The notes beneath the pieces were generated by a model. The model was not told where the DNA came from. It saw only the letters and a list, made by a program, of their open reading frames with translations, and ran no database searches. Both the position numbers and the translations under genes were made by a program. A stretch of 64,000 nucleotides of DNA from a virus. Position 1 is the first letter of the stretch; each line of letters starts with the position of its first letter. The stretch spans positions 99,966 through 163,965 of the IMG/VR virus record IMGVR_UViG_3300030098_007301; one strand, given 5' to 3'. This document shows, piece after piece, positions 53,575 to 62,789 of the stretch.

Positions 53575-53945
53575 TGTGGATTATACTTCTCTTGTAACGA
53601 AACCCATGCTTTCGTATATAGTTTCTCGTACTTACTTCTCTCGTACTTGTCCCAAAACATTTTGTTATACTGCTCTCTGTCATCTTTAACAGCAGGAAAC
53701 TCTGAGTGTACTATATGTTGCGCTCGACTCGGTGAACACTTGATGCACTTGTCGTGGAAGAAAAAGCGACTCTTTGCTTCACCATTCAGTTCTCCCATTT
53801 CAATAGCTAATTGAATTGTGGAATCCCACTTGCCTTCAATCGGCTCACCACAAGAGTAACATTCTGCTTTAGTATAAGATAACATTTTAATTACAGTTTT
53901 GACAAATCCAAAAGTCTTTAGAGTCGTGCCAGAGTATATCTTCAA
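53562..53945 (-). CDS. Zinc-binding hypothetical protein
   Basis: CYSC...HDKC..C; start uncertain. Confidence 0.55.
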   Translation of the reverse strand: MKIYSGTTLKTFGFVKTVIKMLSYTKAECYSCGEPIEGKWDSTIQLAIEMGELNGEAKSRFFFHDKCIKCSPSRAQHIVHSEFPAVKDDREQYNKMFWDKYERSKYEKLYTKAWVSLQEKYNPQWVK

Positions 53946-54049
53946 TAAACCAAGTTATCTGCTTGTCGCATTTAGCGCAAAAAGTCGTATAGCAAATAGT
54001 ATTATCGGTGCTGCAATCAACTGCTCCTGCCTCTTTTATATCCTTGAGG

Positions 54050-54403
54050 TCAATCATCTAACCTATGTATAAATATCGGCGTGAAATCTCCAACGTGTGC
54101 GCTAACAACATTGAACTCCATGTACTCATGCGCTTCATGCTCTGTCATGCTGTCACGTTCCATTAAAATTTTCATGCACTTATCGTAATCATAAACTACA
54201 ATACAGTTTGCATCGTAACCTATAATCGCAGCATCAAAACCATCAGCAAAAACCGCATCGGGATTTATGTCTGATATGATATCGGTGCAAGTATAGTGCT
54301 GCACTTCTTTCTTCTTTTCTATTGGATTAAAAATTTCTTCGTTTATCACTTTATAGTCCTTTGTTGTTGACTCCTTCATTCCTACTCCGATTGGAAAACA
54401 CAT
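54050..54403 (-). CDS. Conserved phage hypothetical protein
   Basis: ADGFDAAIIG...VYDY.KC..IL...EA.EY.EFNV..A.VG..TPIF widespread motif. Confidence 0.7.
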   Translation of the reverse strand: MCFPIGVGMKESTTKDYKVINEEIFNPIEKKKEVQHYTCTDIISDINPDAVFADGFDAAIIGYDANCIVVYDYDKCMKILMERDSMTEHEAHEYMEFNVVSAHVGDFTPIFIHRLDD

Positions 54404-54526
54404 TTCACTTAAATAACTTAATATTTTTGTTTAACAATAAATTCACAATCGCACATATAAATAATCCTAACAAATATTCTCCGCTATAAATTATATAAAT
54501 TGAAAAGATTGAGAATAATATAAATA

Positions 54527-55210
54527 TCACTTCTCCAATACGTTGCTCCAATAACGTGAGTTTTTACGCTTCTGGTTTTTGTCCCAGTACAAGCACCGCG
54601 CCATGTAAGGTGCGATACCTCGCTGCTCGCTACGGTCAAGCCAATCCGCTTCAATCGCATCGTATAGCTTCGCGTCCTTCGTTTGATTCAACCCATATAC
54701 TTGGAACAAGTGAGTGTCCATGCAAACTACTTGGGCTTCAAGCGGGAACAACATCTCTATTGCGAAGGAAGTTTTTGCCTTACCCAAACCAAGAATCTTC
54801 TTGGCAAGCCTATCACGCCACTCACTCCATTCTTCGCCAGAATTGCGATTGATATAGTCGCTAGGGTCATTCCAAAAAGTATCAGAAAAAAGGCCAATAT
54901 AATTAGTTCTGTTATTCTGCATACCCACTCTGGTATCTCTAATACGTTTAAATAAATCATCTGCATCATAATTCCAAAGTTCTAGTTGATTAGTCTTTTC
55001 AAGTGTCCACTTGCCAAATTGCTTGATTGCATTGTACCCCTTGCAGTTGTTCTTCCAACTCGTATGCACCGACATGAAGGCGAACAAGTAGCGGCGAAAA
55101 GCGGCGTTGTTTGATTGGGGTTTCAATTCGCCCCAGTAATCGTTGTAGGATTCTATATCCTTATCTTTGATTGAATCAAAGAAGCTCTCAACTTTTGTAG
55201 TAGTAATCAT
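54527..55210 (-). CDS. HhH-GPD superfamily DNA glycosylase/AP lyase
   Basis: Helix-hairpin-helix ILGLGKAKTSFA followed by catalytic-type VVCMDTHL. Confidence 0.7.
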   Translation of the reverse strand: MITTTKVESFFDSIKDKDIESYNDYWGELKPQSNNAAFRRYLFAFMSVHTSWKNNCKGYNAIKQFGKWTLEKTNQLELWNYDADDLFKRIRDTRVGMQNNRTNYIGLFSDTFWNDPSDYINRNSGEEWSEWRDRLAKKILGLGKAKTSFAIEMLFPLEAQVVCMDTHLFQVYGLNQTKDAKLYDAIEADWLDRSEQRGIAPYMARCLYWDKNQKRKNSRYWSNVLEK

Positions 55211-55335
55211 AAAAATAAAAAATATGTTTTGCGGTTAGTGTTTTTTAGCAGTCAAAAATCCTGCCAGAGACTTATATTGGACTAAATCACGAAAAACCCA
55301 AATGCTCTGACAGAATCATTGTTATGACTACTACA

Positions 55336-56178
55336 TCACTTTTTAGTGGAAAGCGAATCCACTAAATCCTTTTTTGCTGCCTCGTAGCCAGCATCAAAGC
55401 CATTATCCCAATGCGTATTCTCATCGGAACCCTCATCATCTAATTCGACATACTCACCGTAATCATCACACATTGGTTCTTCCAACTTCTTTTCAAAATG
55501 CGAAACCACCTTGTACTTTGCGGTGCGTAACTTTTGCTGGTCGCAATCCAACGGAACGCTAACAACGTCACGGGGGTCGATTTCAACAACCATTAAATGC
55601 CCTCCATTGCCGTATCCTTTAGCGTATTCCAAGCTACCCGCATGAAAACCATGAGAACATCCAATGTTAGCGTCATCGCAGACATTATTACGAATCATTT
55701 CATGCTCATCACCGACTTGGTTGCGGAATTTGCCAGAATGCCAATCAGTATAATCGTCTCTCACGCCTTTATAGGCGAGAAAATTACCATCGGGAGTCAG
55801 CGGCATCGCCTTGTGTTCAAGGAATGCGTACAACTCGTTAACTGCTCGGCGTGATGGATTCTCCATCAGCTTATCCAAAAACCTCACCAGAGGCTTATAA
55901 GGCAATCCCTGACGCATAAAATCGAGGACTCGACCTACAACGTGATTGTGAATCGCTTCACCTTTATAGCGAACCTCGCCATCGGAAACCGAAATGTTTC
56001 CATCTGCGAATTTTTCGACCGCTTTTGGAATGTCGAATAAGTTAGGCAATTCATCAAATCGTTCCTCTGAAAGAAGTTTGGTTGCCTCGTTGAATGATGG
56101 ATTTGTACCTTCCATCGTTAGTGCTTTGCCATCTACTATAATGGTCAGCGAGTTATCAGTTAATATATACGGTAACAT
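55336..56178 (-). CDS. rIIB: rIIB-like protein
   Basis: FL..L.ENPS, LY.FL, LTPDG.FLAYK.V, M.RN.V.DD...CS.G.H.G...YA and V.IDP.DVVSVP.D...K.R..KY.V. Confidence 0.88.
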   Translation of the reverse strand: MLPYILTDNSLTIIVDGKALTMEGTNPSFNEATKLLSEERFDELPNLFDIPKAVEKFADGNISVSDGEVRYKGEAIHNHVVGRVLDFMRQGLPYKPLVRFLDKLMENPSRRAVNELYAFLEHKAMPLTPDGNFLAYKGVRDDYTDWHSGKFRNQVGDEHEMIRNNVCDDANIGCSHGFHAGSLEYAKGYGNGGHLMVVEIDPRDVVSVPLDCDQQKLRTAKYKVVSHFEKKLEEPMCDDYGEYVELDDEGSDENTHWDNGFDAGYEAAKKDLVDSLSTKK

Positions 56179-56196
56179 AGTATTCCTTTCCTGTTA

Positions 56197-58602
56197 TTAG
56201 TTAGCTTTCAAAAATGTATTCTCTGAGAATTTTACAAGTAAATCAGCGTTTGACTGTTTTGTTTTTTCTATCTTTTTTTTAAGATTATATGTTGCCTCAA
56301 CTATACTTATATAGTTCAAGGTAGCTTCCATCGCTTCACGGTGATTTCTCCAACCAAAATGAGAATCATCCATAAACCTAACCATTGGATATCTCTCCAT
56401 CAGTTCAAGATTCACCTTACACAAATCAAAAGTAGGTTCAATATCATCTAATATAGAGCGTGTATTAGGACGCATGATATTATCTTTACCCTCATCATTG
56501 TCTCTGAGATATCCCCTATGATAATTTTCTTCATCGTATTTAGAAGCACCAACGAGTCGAAATGCCGCTTCCAATTTATCCAAGTCTCTATCGGTTTTTC
56601 GTATCATCTTGGTATAATTATCGAGATAATCCTTCGCGGGAGATTCTACCAAACCAGAATGAAAATCGTCATTCCTTTCATTCATTTCCAAAAATGCCTC
56701 GGTGAACATATCGTTCCTATCGCACTTTTTCTCATGGAAATTAGCGAATACCCTGTCATATAATCTCTGCTTGAGATTATTGTCATTCAAGTAACTGGCA
56801 AAAGCAGCAGTAGCCCAATCCTCGAAATATACCCACTTGGAATCTTTTGCTTCGATAGCATTCTCATTCTTTTCAGTACCCTTTAAAGCGTAAATCTCAG
56901 GAACGTCGATACCGCAATCTTCTAATGCTTTTACTTTGTTATGCAATGCTTGAGGATGACTGGAACCTTCAACGTGCTTACCCCAATAAAATTTATCTAC
57001 GATAACGTAAACACCTCCATTATCTAAATCTACCTCATTTGACTGAAAGTAATCGCTGCGACAAGTATGATAATTTCCATAACTAGCAGTTTTATCCAGA
57101 GAAAAAACCTTGGTGCTATGTTTTGAGTTTTTAGTGGTAGTGCCGCCCGATACAGTTGAATTGCTTGGGTATATATCACGCAATACAACCTTGGGATACT
57201 CTGACAATTTCTTTGTCGCAAAGTCGAACTTGGTTTCATCGTAAAACTCCTGCTTGGCTTTACTATTGCGGAAATTTAACAAGTAAACGCTATCGTACAC
57301 GGGAGTATCCTTGTGGTTTTCATCACGCTTATCGTAATTTTCCACTAAAGGCGCGATACGATTCAATCTACCATGATGCGAAGGCATATCATCTATAATT
57401 ACTAAAGTGTTAGACTTTACATAGATGTTTTGAGCTTCGTCGCCCTTCACTCTCCTGCGAGTACCATAACCATTAGGTTTACTAAAATACTTTAACTCAA
57501 TAAGCTCATCCTTCCATTTTCTCTTGGAGAACTCGCCATTAGTAACCTTGATACCATTCCATAAAATACCCTTGGTTTCGACTATCTTACGAATCTTTTG
57601 CCCAAAACCTCCATGTCGAAAAGCCTCATTATATAAGTGCTTTACCTCCCATAAAGTATCGCATTCTTCAAACTTCTCGCCCAAAACACTTGGCAACTCT
57701 TTGATAATCTCGTTGAGCTTGTTAATAATGACTTTTTTGGTGGAGTCAGTATATTGTAATGCTTCCCGTGAAGCGGAAATTTCTAAATCACCGATAGCAA
57801 AATCAATTACAACGCCTGACGAAATCAAATCAGTTTTTTCATCCTGCCAACCTATGTTTAACGCACCAGAAGATAATGGATAGGCAATGTTGCCCATGAC
57901 CGCATAAGAATCACCTTTTACAAGATTCCAGTTGTCCTTGCCAACCACAATCTCATCGCGTTTCAAATCATTCTTTAGTTGCTCTTGGTTTGCTCCGCGA
58001 ACATTTGGAATAACTTTGAAATACTTATATAGATTAGTAGCTTTACGATAAAACTCATCATAATCATCAGACTTTACCGGAATGACAATTTCAATACCAT
58101 CATTCTCGTCAGTCTTTTCCGAGTGAATCTTGGAGATTTGCCCAACATCAGATGGGTCGATGAAAGCGTTGTAGGTTGTTTTAGTTCCCTTAACGAATGA
58201 GTTGATTACGAAATTATCACCGTATGCAAACGCTGATTTTGAACCGAGGCCGAGTTGCCCGATTTGCTCGTTTGTGCCGCGCTTGGTAGATTCACCGTAC
58301 ATCGCGTAAATCTCAGATACTTGAGTTTCTGTTAAGCCGCGCCCAAAATCACGCACCTTGAACTCAGGAGTCATTTGAGTTGGCAAAGTCACTTTAATAG
58401 GAGTGTCTGCTTTACCCACTTCAATATGAGCGTCTACCGCATTAGTAGAATACTCGCGGATAACTGCTAAAACCTTATCAGAATATAATTGATTTCGCAG
58501 TACATTAAAGATATGGGACAACCCCGATTCTTTGATTCCGAACGAAACCGATTGGAAATCGTCGGATTGTTTTAGTGTCGCTTGCTTTGATGTAGTAATC
58601 AT
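56197..58602 (-). CDS. rIIA: rIIA-like protein (GHKL/Hsp90-like ATPase N-terminus)
   Basis: LYSDK.LAVIREY.TNA.DAH, VRDFGRGL, YGESTK and IG.LGLGSKS.FAY; adjacent to rIIB. Confidence 0.88.
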   Translation of the reverse strand: MITTSKQATLKQSDDFQSVSFGIKESGLSHIFNVLRNQLYSDKVLAVIREYSTNAVDAHIEVGKADTPIKVTLPTQMTPEFKVRDFGRGLTETQVSEIYAMYGESTKRGTNEQIGQLGLGSKSAFAYGDNFVINSFVKGTKTTYNAFIDPSDVGQISKIHSEKTDENDGIEIVIPVKSDDYDEFYRKATNLYKYFKVIPNVRGANQEQLKNDLKRDEIVVGKDNWNLVKGDSYAVMGNIAYPLSSGALNIGWQDEKTDLISSGVVIDFAIGDLEISASREALQYTDSTKKVIINKLNEIIKELPSVLGEKFEECDTLWEVKHLYNEAFRHGGFGQKIRKIVETKGILWNGIKVTNGEFSKRKWKDELIELKYFSKPNGYGTRRRVKGDEAQNIYVKSNTLVIIDDMPSHHGRLNRIAPLVENYDKRDENHKDTPVYDSVYLLNFRNSKAKQEFYDETKFDFATKKLSEYPKVVLRDIYPSNSTVSGGTTTKNSKHSTKVFSLDKTASYGNYHTCRSDYFQSNEVDLDNGGVYVIVDKFYWGKHVEGSSHPQALHNKVKALEDCGIDVPEIYALKGTEKNENAIEAKDSKWVYFEDWATAAFASYLNDNNLKQRLYDRVFANFHEKKCDRNDMFTEAFLEMNERNDDFHSGLVESPAKDYLDNYTKMIRKTDRDLDKLEAAFRLVGASKYDEENYHRGYLRDNDEGKDNIMRPNTRSILDDIEPTFDLCKVNLELMERYPMVRFMDDSHFGWRNHREAMEATLNYISIVEATYNLKKKIEKTKQSNADLLVKFSENTFLKAN

Positions 58603-58612
58603 GGCGAAGATA

Positions 58613-58641
58613 AGCATACGGCAAGCGGGGAACCTTGTCAA
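58613..58641 (-). promoter_or_regulatory. Early sigma70-type promoter
   Basis: TTGACA-17-TATGCT-10 nt-ATG. Confidence 0.75.
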
Positions 58642-58753
58642 CCCCTAAAAATGAAAAAAAATCACTTTTGAAAAAATAATTTTTATAAAGGGAAAAAAAT
58701 AAGAAATTTAGCATCGGATAAAAAACGATGCTCTAATTTCAAAAAAATTTTTT

Positions 58754-58999
58754 TTATGAATTAGCCTCGTCCAATTTATCATAATACTGATAAATTACCT
58801 TGGCATCCTCTCCCTCAAAAAAATAAAAATTATGAGGTTCCTCTAACCAATCATTCTTTTCATCATCAAACGTGTAGCTTTGCGTTTCGGGCAAATAGTG
58901 TTTATTTGACATTTTTTCATTCATAATTGGTCTATCTACGCACTCGCTATTCAAAGGCCATTCAGGAACTATGTGTTTATTTGGCGTTTTTTCATTCAC
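58754..58999 (-). CDS. Hypothetical protein with two NEK.PNKH-type repeats
   Basis: GTGA-coupled to the upstream gene. Confidence 0.5.
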   Translation of the reverse strand: MNEKTPNKHIVPEWPLNSECVDRPIMNEKMSNKHYLPETQSYTFDDEKNDWLEEPHNFYFFEGEDAKVIYQYYDKLDEANS

Positions 59000-59190
59000 A
59001 ATTCATCTACTATTACACTAGCGATGCTTTGTCTCGCGGCCTCGGAATCAAAATTTATTTGGCTCCTCTCTGTTCTTATCTGGTCTAAAACTTCTAAAAT
59101 CTTCTCGCGCAAAGAATCTTTGTCGTATTCCCAAGTAATATCTTTATTCTCCACTATATATAAGTGTTTATTTGGCATTTTTTCATTCAC
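58996..59190 (-). CDS. Hypothetical protein
   Basis: GTGA-coupled; starts MNEKMPNKH. Confidence 0.55.
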   Translation of the reverse strand: MNEKMPNKHLYIVENKDITWEYDKDSLREKILEVLDQIRTERSQINFDSEAARQSIASVIVDEL

Positions 59191-59423
59191 GATTGACTTT
59201 GTAATCTTTTTCTTATTATATGTTTCGCTTCCTTCTCAAACTCATTATATTCTTCTTCTGTCATCTTATCATATTCTTCCTCCGATAAATTCTCCATTAC
59301 GTAAAGAGATAATTCCACTTCTTCTTCCGTCGGGTATCTCATTTCATTTTCTTTACCCGGCGGAATCTCGCCTAACCAAACCACCGTTCTTCTGTCTTGA
59401 ACGTCTTCAGGATTCATTGTCAT
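59187..59423 (-). CDS. Acidic hypothetical protein
   Basis: 78 aa in a packed run. Confidence 0.55.
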   Translation of the reverse strand: MTMNPEDVQDRRTVVWLGEIPPGKENEMRYPTEEEVELSLYVMENLSEEEYDKMTEEEYNEFEKEAKHIIRKRLQSQS

Positions 59424-59425
59424 TA

Positions 59426-59698
59426 TTAGTGTTTATTTGGCCTTTTTTCATTCGCTTCTGCGAACATTGGTTGGCTGTACTCGTACCCATTATGCTTCTC
59501 TTGCTTCCGGCCTTGTTTATCTATATAAAACTCTTTATTTGGGGGTAAATCACCTTCAAAGTCATCCCAGTTAAATTCTTTTTCAAGGGCTTCAAGGTTG
59601 TTCATTCCTGCCCAAAACAAACCTCGCCCGTCTTTATCATTAGAGAGGGTAAGCATCCCTCTGCGAGCCATCTTAAATAATAGTTCTTTATAAGTCAT
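59426..59698 (-). CDS. Hypothetical protein
   Basis: 90 aa ending NEKRPNKH. Confidence 0.55.
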   Translation of the reverse strand: MTYKELLFKMARRGMLTLSNDKDGRGLFWAGMNNLEALEKEFNWDDFEGDLPPNKEFYIDKQGRKQEKHNGYEYSQPMFAEANEKRPNKH

Positions 59699-59865
59699 TT
59701 ATCACTTTTGTTAGTTAAACTCCACGCAAACATACAAACTGTAAAAATTATTAGTCCTGACGCAACTTGTAAGGCTAGTTCAATCATACTAGGTATTGAG
59801 ATGCTAAATAACAGTTCATCGCAAGTATTGAGAATATCAATACCCACCAAGCTATTATCTCTTTT

Positions 59866-60081
59866 TTAGTCATGTTTTTTTATAAATTCTGCGACTTCCT
59901 TCATCACCGCTGTGGCTTCGGTTAGTTTACGTTCCTGCTCAGGCGTAATGTGTTTATTTGGCGAAAAATCATTCGCAATTAGACATAAAACGTTGATAAG
60001 GATCATTAGGCAGGTGAAAAAGTTCAACCATGCTATAAATTTTAGCGGCCGAAGATCTCTTTTTTCTGTTGGAATAATCAT
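59866..60081 (-). CDS. Small membrane protein
   Basis: One TM helix. Confidence 0.55.
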   Translation of the reverse strand: MIIPTEKRDLRPLKFIAWLNFFTCLMILINVLCLIANDFSPNKHITPEQERKLTEATAVMKEVAEFIKKHD

Positions 60082-60090
60082 TTATGATTA

Positions 60091-62067
60091 TTATATGCCT
60101 AATGCTTTTTCTAGACTACTTTTTATCTTATCCTCCGAAAGATAATCCATTGTAAATTTCTGACTAGCTATTTGTTTATTTGCCCATTCCTGCTTCTTAT
60201 TTGTAAAATCTTCGTAAGCTTTTCTTAACTGTCTCCTAGTATCTTCAAAATCTGGTTCAACCAATTTCATCTCAGAGGAATAATTGCGGCTCCATCCAGC
60301 ACACCTTAAAGACTCCCACCTACTTTTGATAAAATAATTATTTTCATGTATATAATCTAAATGGCCTCCTTGGTCGGGAACGACAACCCTTATACCCTTC
60401 GCTAGAGCTTCAGCTATTGTAAGCCCGAACCCTTCTCCTCTCGTCGTGGTCGCATACAAATCTATGTTTTGGTACAAGCTGTTTATTTGTTTGGATGTTA
60501 TCCCTCCCCACCATAATTTAATTTGGCACTTCGGTAGTTGGCGGTAACGCATACAATTAAGCTTAAATCTTTTTATAGACTCTAGGGCTTGTGACTTTTC
60601 ACGGGGTAGATTTTGTTGCCCAAAGGTCTTTATAGTAAGCTCAACATTTTCTTCTTCAAAGAATTCACATAAAAAAGCCTGTATAAGTATATCAAAGCCT
60701 TTTCTATCTGACCATTGCGACATAGACAATATTCTAAATTTATCCGAATTAATTGTGTCGGTAGACGTTGTTAAGTTTATTGAATGAGGGACTAAGTGGA
60801 CAGGCTTATCTGTAACTGAACTTAAGTTATCTTTTTGCAAGCGGCAAAAGGTTATTAATTCGTCAAAATATTTATCGAAAAAAGCCTTCCACATTGGAGG
60901 AGCCCCTTTAGGCTCCCAAGCTACAAAAGCTATTTTTTTGCTCGCGTTGGCAATTATTTGTGATATATCAAAGCCACATTTTCCACTACTCCATTCCATA
61001 TTGTCCTCTCCCGGCTCTATATGGTAAAGTACAGTATACTTGTCGGGGATGCATTTAAGGCCTCTAACTAAGGATTTTTCTAAGTTATATGGCTCTTCTC
61101 CATAATCGCCGCCTGTTACGTTTATGGTTTTTATTGATATCTTGGGGTGATTACTTAATATTTTAAAATAACCCCTAATTGCATTAGCATAACCTGTAGG
61201 GCCGCTAAAGTTGCCAATATATACTACATTTATTTGCTCCTTTTTATTTAGGGCTTTTATTTGTTTTCTCCAATGGTTTTCGCCAAGTCCGCTGAAAAAC
61301 TCACATATAGTAGAATTGCCTCCCCCGAAGTGAGGCTCAGTTTTTTCTTCAAGTAAATTGCAATTGTGAGAAGTCCGATTTATTACATGGCTAAAAACAT
61401 CAGGCCCAGATAACCAAAGGACATCATAATCTTCTTCTATCTTTATTCTTCTTTTTAACCTTGTTGAAATTTCTTTTAAAAGATCTAGGACGATGCAATT
61501 ATCTTCAGGGGTATAAATAAGACTATTTACAATTCTCCGTCTGTCTTCTGGTTGTAAATCAATTTTGTATTTATCAGAAATTTTTTTAATTTCTTCTTCA
61601 GGGCTTTTAATGATAGAACTATTTTTAGGACTATAGATAAGTCCATTGCAAATTCTTCTTTTATCTTCCGGTTTCCCATTTCTATTTTTAAAGTTAGCTG
61701 AAGCTTCTTGTTGTTCTAGGGAAATATATCTTTCAACAACAAAAAAAGGCTTACTAGGATCTTTTTCAATTAAATCTCTAACAAAAAAAGACCTAAAAGC
61801 GGCATCATAGTCACTATAAATTCCTCCGTATTCATGGAGTATACAAAGGCGCGAAACGTCAGAAAGTATTACTGGATACTTTGCATACTCTTCAAAACAT
61901 ATAAGTAAATTTTTATCTATTTTCTCGGCGATGCTTTTTATTTCTGGCAAGTCCGAATCAGACCATTCTCTTATAGACCAGCCGGGCAAGAATTTTCTAA
62001 CGCTTTCAAAATAGCAATCGTACGTTACTTTATTTGGCCCAAACCAAATATTATGAATCAAATTCAT
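60091..62067 (-). CDS. Fused glycosyltransferase: DxD sugar-binding (GT32-like) plus GT-B (GT4-like)
   Basis: IHNIWFG and SDVSRL.IL.EYGGIYSDYD; then GYANA, RKGFDIL and RGEGFGL.IAEALA.G. Confidence 0.85.
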   Translation of the reverse strand: MNLIHNIWFGPNKVTYDCYFESVRKFLPGWSIREWSDSDLPEIKSIAEKIDKNLLICFEEYAKYPVILSDVSRLCILHEYGGIYSDYDAAFRSFFVRDLIEKDPSKPFFVVERYISLEQQEASANFKNRNGKPEDKRRICNGLIYSPKNSSIIKSPEEEIKKISDKYKIDLQPEDRRRIVNSLIYTPEDNCIVLDLLKEISTRLKRRIKIEEDYDVLWLSGPDVFSHVINRTSHNCNLLEEKTEPHFGGGNSTICEFFSGLGENHWRKQIKALNKKEQINVVYIGNFSGPTGYANAIRGYFKILSNHPKISIKTINVTGGDYGEEPYNLEKSLVRGLKCIPDKYTVLYHIEPGEDNMEWSSGKCGFDISQIIANASKKIAFVAWEPKGAPPMWKAFFDKYFDELITFCRLQKDNLSSVTDKPVHLVPHSINLTTSTDTINSDKFRILSMSQWSDRKGFDILIQAFLCEFFEEENVELTIKTFGQQNLPREKSQALESIKRFKLNCMRYRQLPKCQIKLWWGGITSKQINSLYQNIDLYATTTRGEGFGLTIAEALAKGIRVVVPDQGGHLDYIHENNYFIKSRWESLRCAGWSRNYSSEMKLVEPDFEDTRRQLRKAYEDFTNKKQEWANKQIASQKFTMDYLSEDKIKSSLEKALGI

Positions 62068-62279
62068 TAAAAACTGCCTTTAAGAATAGTTATTCCTTGC
62101 GGCGTAGGCGGATTTAAAGCTGAAGGCCCAGTGGTCTTATGTTTATTTGGCTGATTTTCGTTACTATTTGGCATCCATTCCCATTTAGTAGAATGGCATC
62201 CGGAGGTCATAAAGCCTATAAAAATAATAATTACCAACAGGCAAAAGAAAACCCTTTTTGGAAGCGTGTCTGGACTCAT
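62067..62279 (-). CDS. Putative lipoprotein
   Basis: Hydrophobic stretch then TSGC. Confidence 0.5.
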   Translation of the reverse strand: MSPDTLPKRVFFCLLVIIIFIGFMTSGCHSTKWEWMPNSNENQPNKHKTTGPSALNPPTPQGITILKGSF

Positions 62280-62632
62280 CTTTTACCCCCGTCGTATTCT
62301 ACTGCATGACCTTCTGTAACAAGCATGTTATTAAAATTTTTCTTTTTAGATTTGTCCCAAATCACTCCTAATATCCGGCCGAACTTACCCTTTTTGTCTA
62401 ACTCAGTCTTGATTACGATGCTACCTTCGGTATTGTTGATCAATTCGTCTAGGCGTTCTTTGGCCGCCAAGCCTCTTATTTTCTCTTCTTTGTCGCGTGT
62501 TCGGGACTCAGGAGCATTGATTCCATACAAACGAACCCTTTCTTTGCGAAAAGTGGAGAAACCGCAATCAATTAAGACGTCGACGGTGTCACCGTCAACA
62601 ACCCTCAAAACTTGAGCGCTATACTCATACAT
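62276..62632 (-). CDS. Staphylococcal nuclease-like (SNase) thermonuclease
   Basis: VVDGDTVD, RVRLYGINAPE, GKFGRILG and N..LV.EG.A..Y. Confidence 0.9.
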   Translation of the reverse strand: MYEYSAQVLRVVDGDTVDVLIDCGFSTFRKERVRLYGINAPESRTRDKEEKIRGLAAKERLDELINNTEGSIVIKTELDKKGKFGRILGVIWDKSKKKNFNNMLVTEGHAVEYDGGKR

Positions 62633-62642
62633 ATAAAGTATT

Positions 62643-62789
62643 TTATAGCAAATCTATTAGTTCTTCTAAAGATATTATGATATCGTTAACGATGTAAGTA
62701 GCTTCGTCTTGAGACTCTTCATTTAGATTCCTTACGTCAAGGTACGTAAGTACCTCTATCATGTCTTGGAGTTGTTCCTTATTTGACAT
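62643..62789 (-). CDS. 48-aa acidic mini-protein (not in ORF track)
   Basis: MSNKEQLQDMIEVL...; TAATG overlap with the upstream stop. Confidence 0.45.
   Translation of the reverse strand: MSNKEQLQDMIEVLTYLDVRNLNEESQDEATYIVNDIIISLEELIDLL

Larger units (their letters stand above)
58898..62163. repeat. Dispersed 25-bp repeat GTGTTTATTTGGCNTTTTTTCATTC (six copies)
   Basis: Copies at 58898, 58973, 59164, 59429, 59950 and a degenerate one at 62139. Confidence 0.7.

Noticed and set aside
40808-58641. TTG starts in the ORF track at 41116, 41571, 46848 and 58641
   Set aside because: These TTGs are the -35 boxes; 6+17+6+10 = 39 nt keeps them in frame with the true ATG 13 codons downstream
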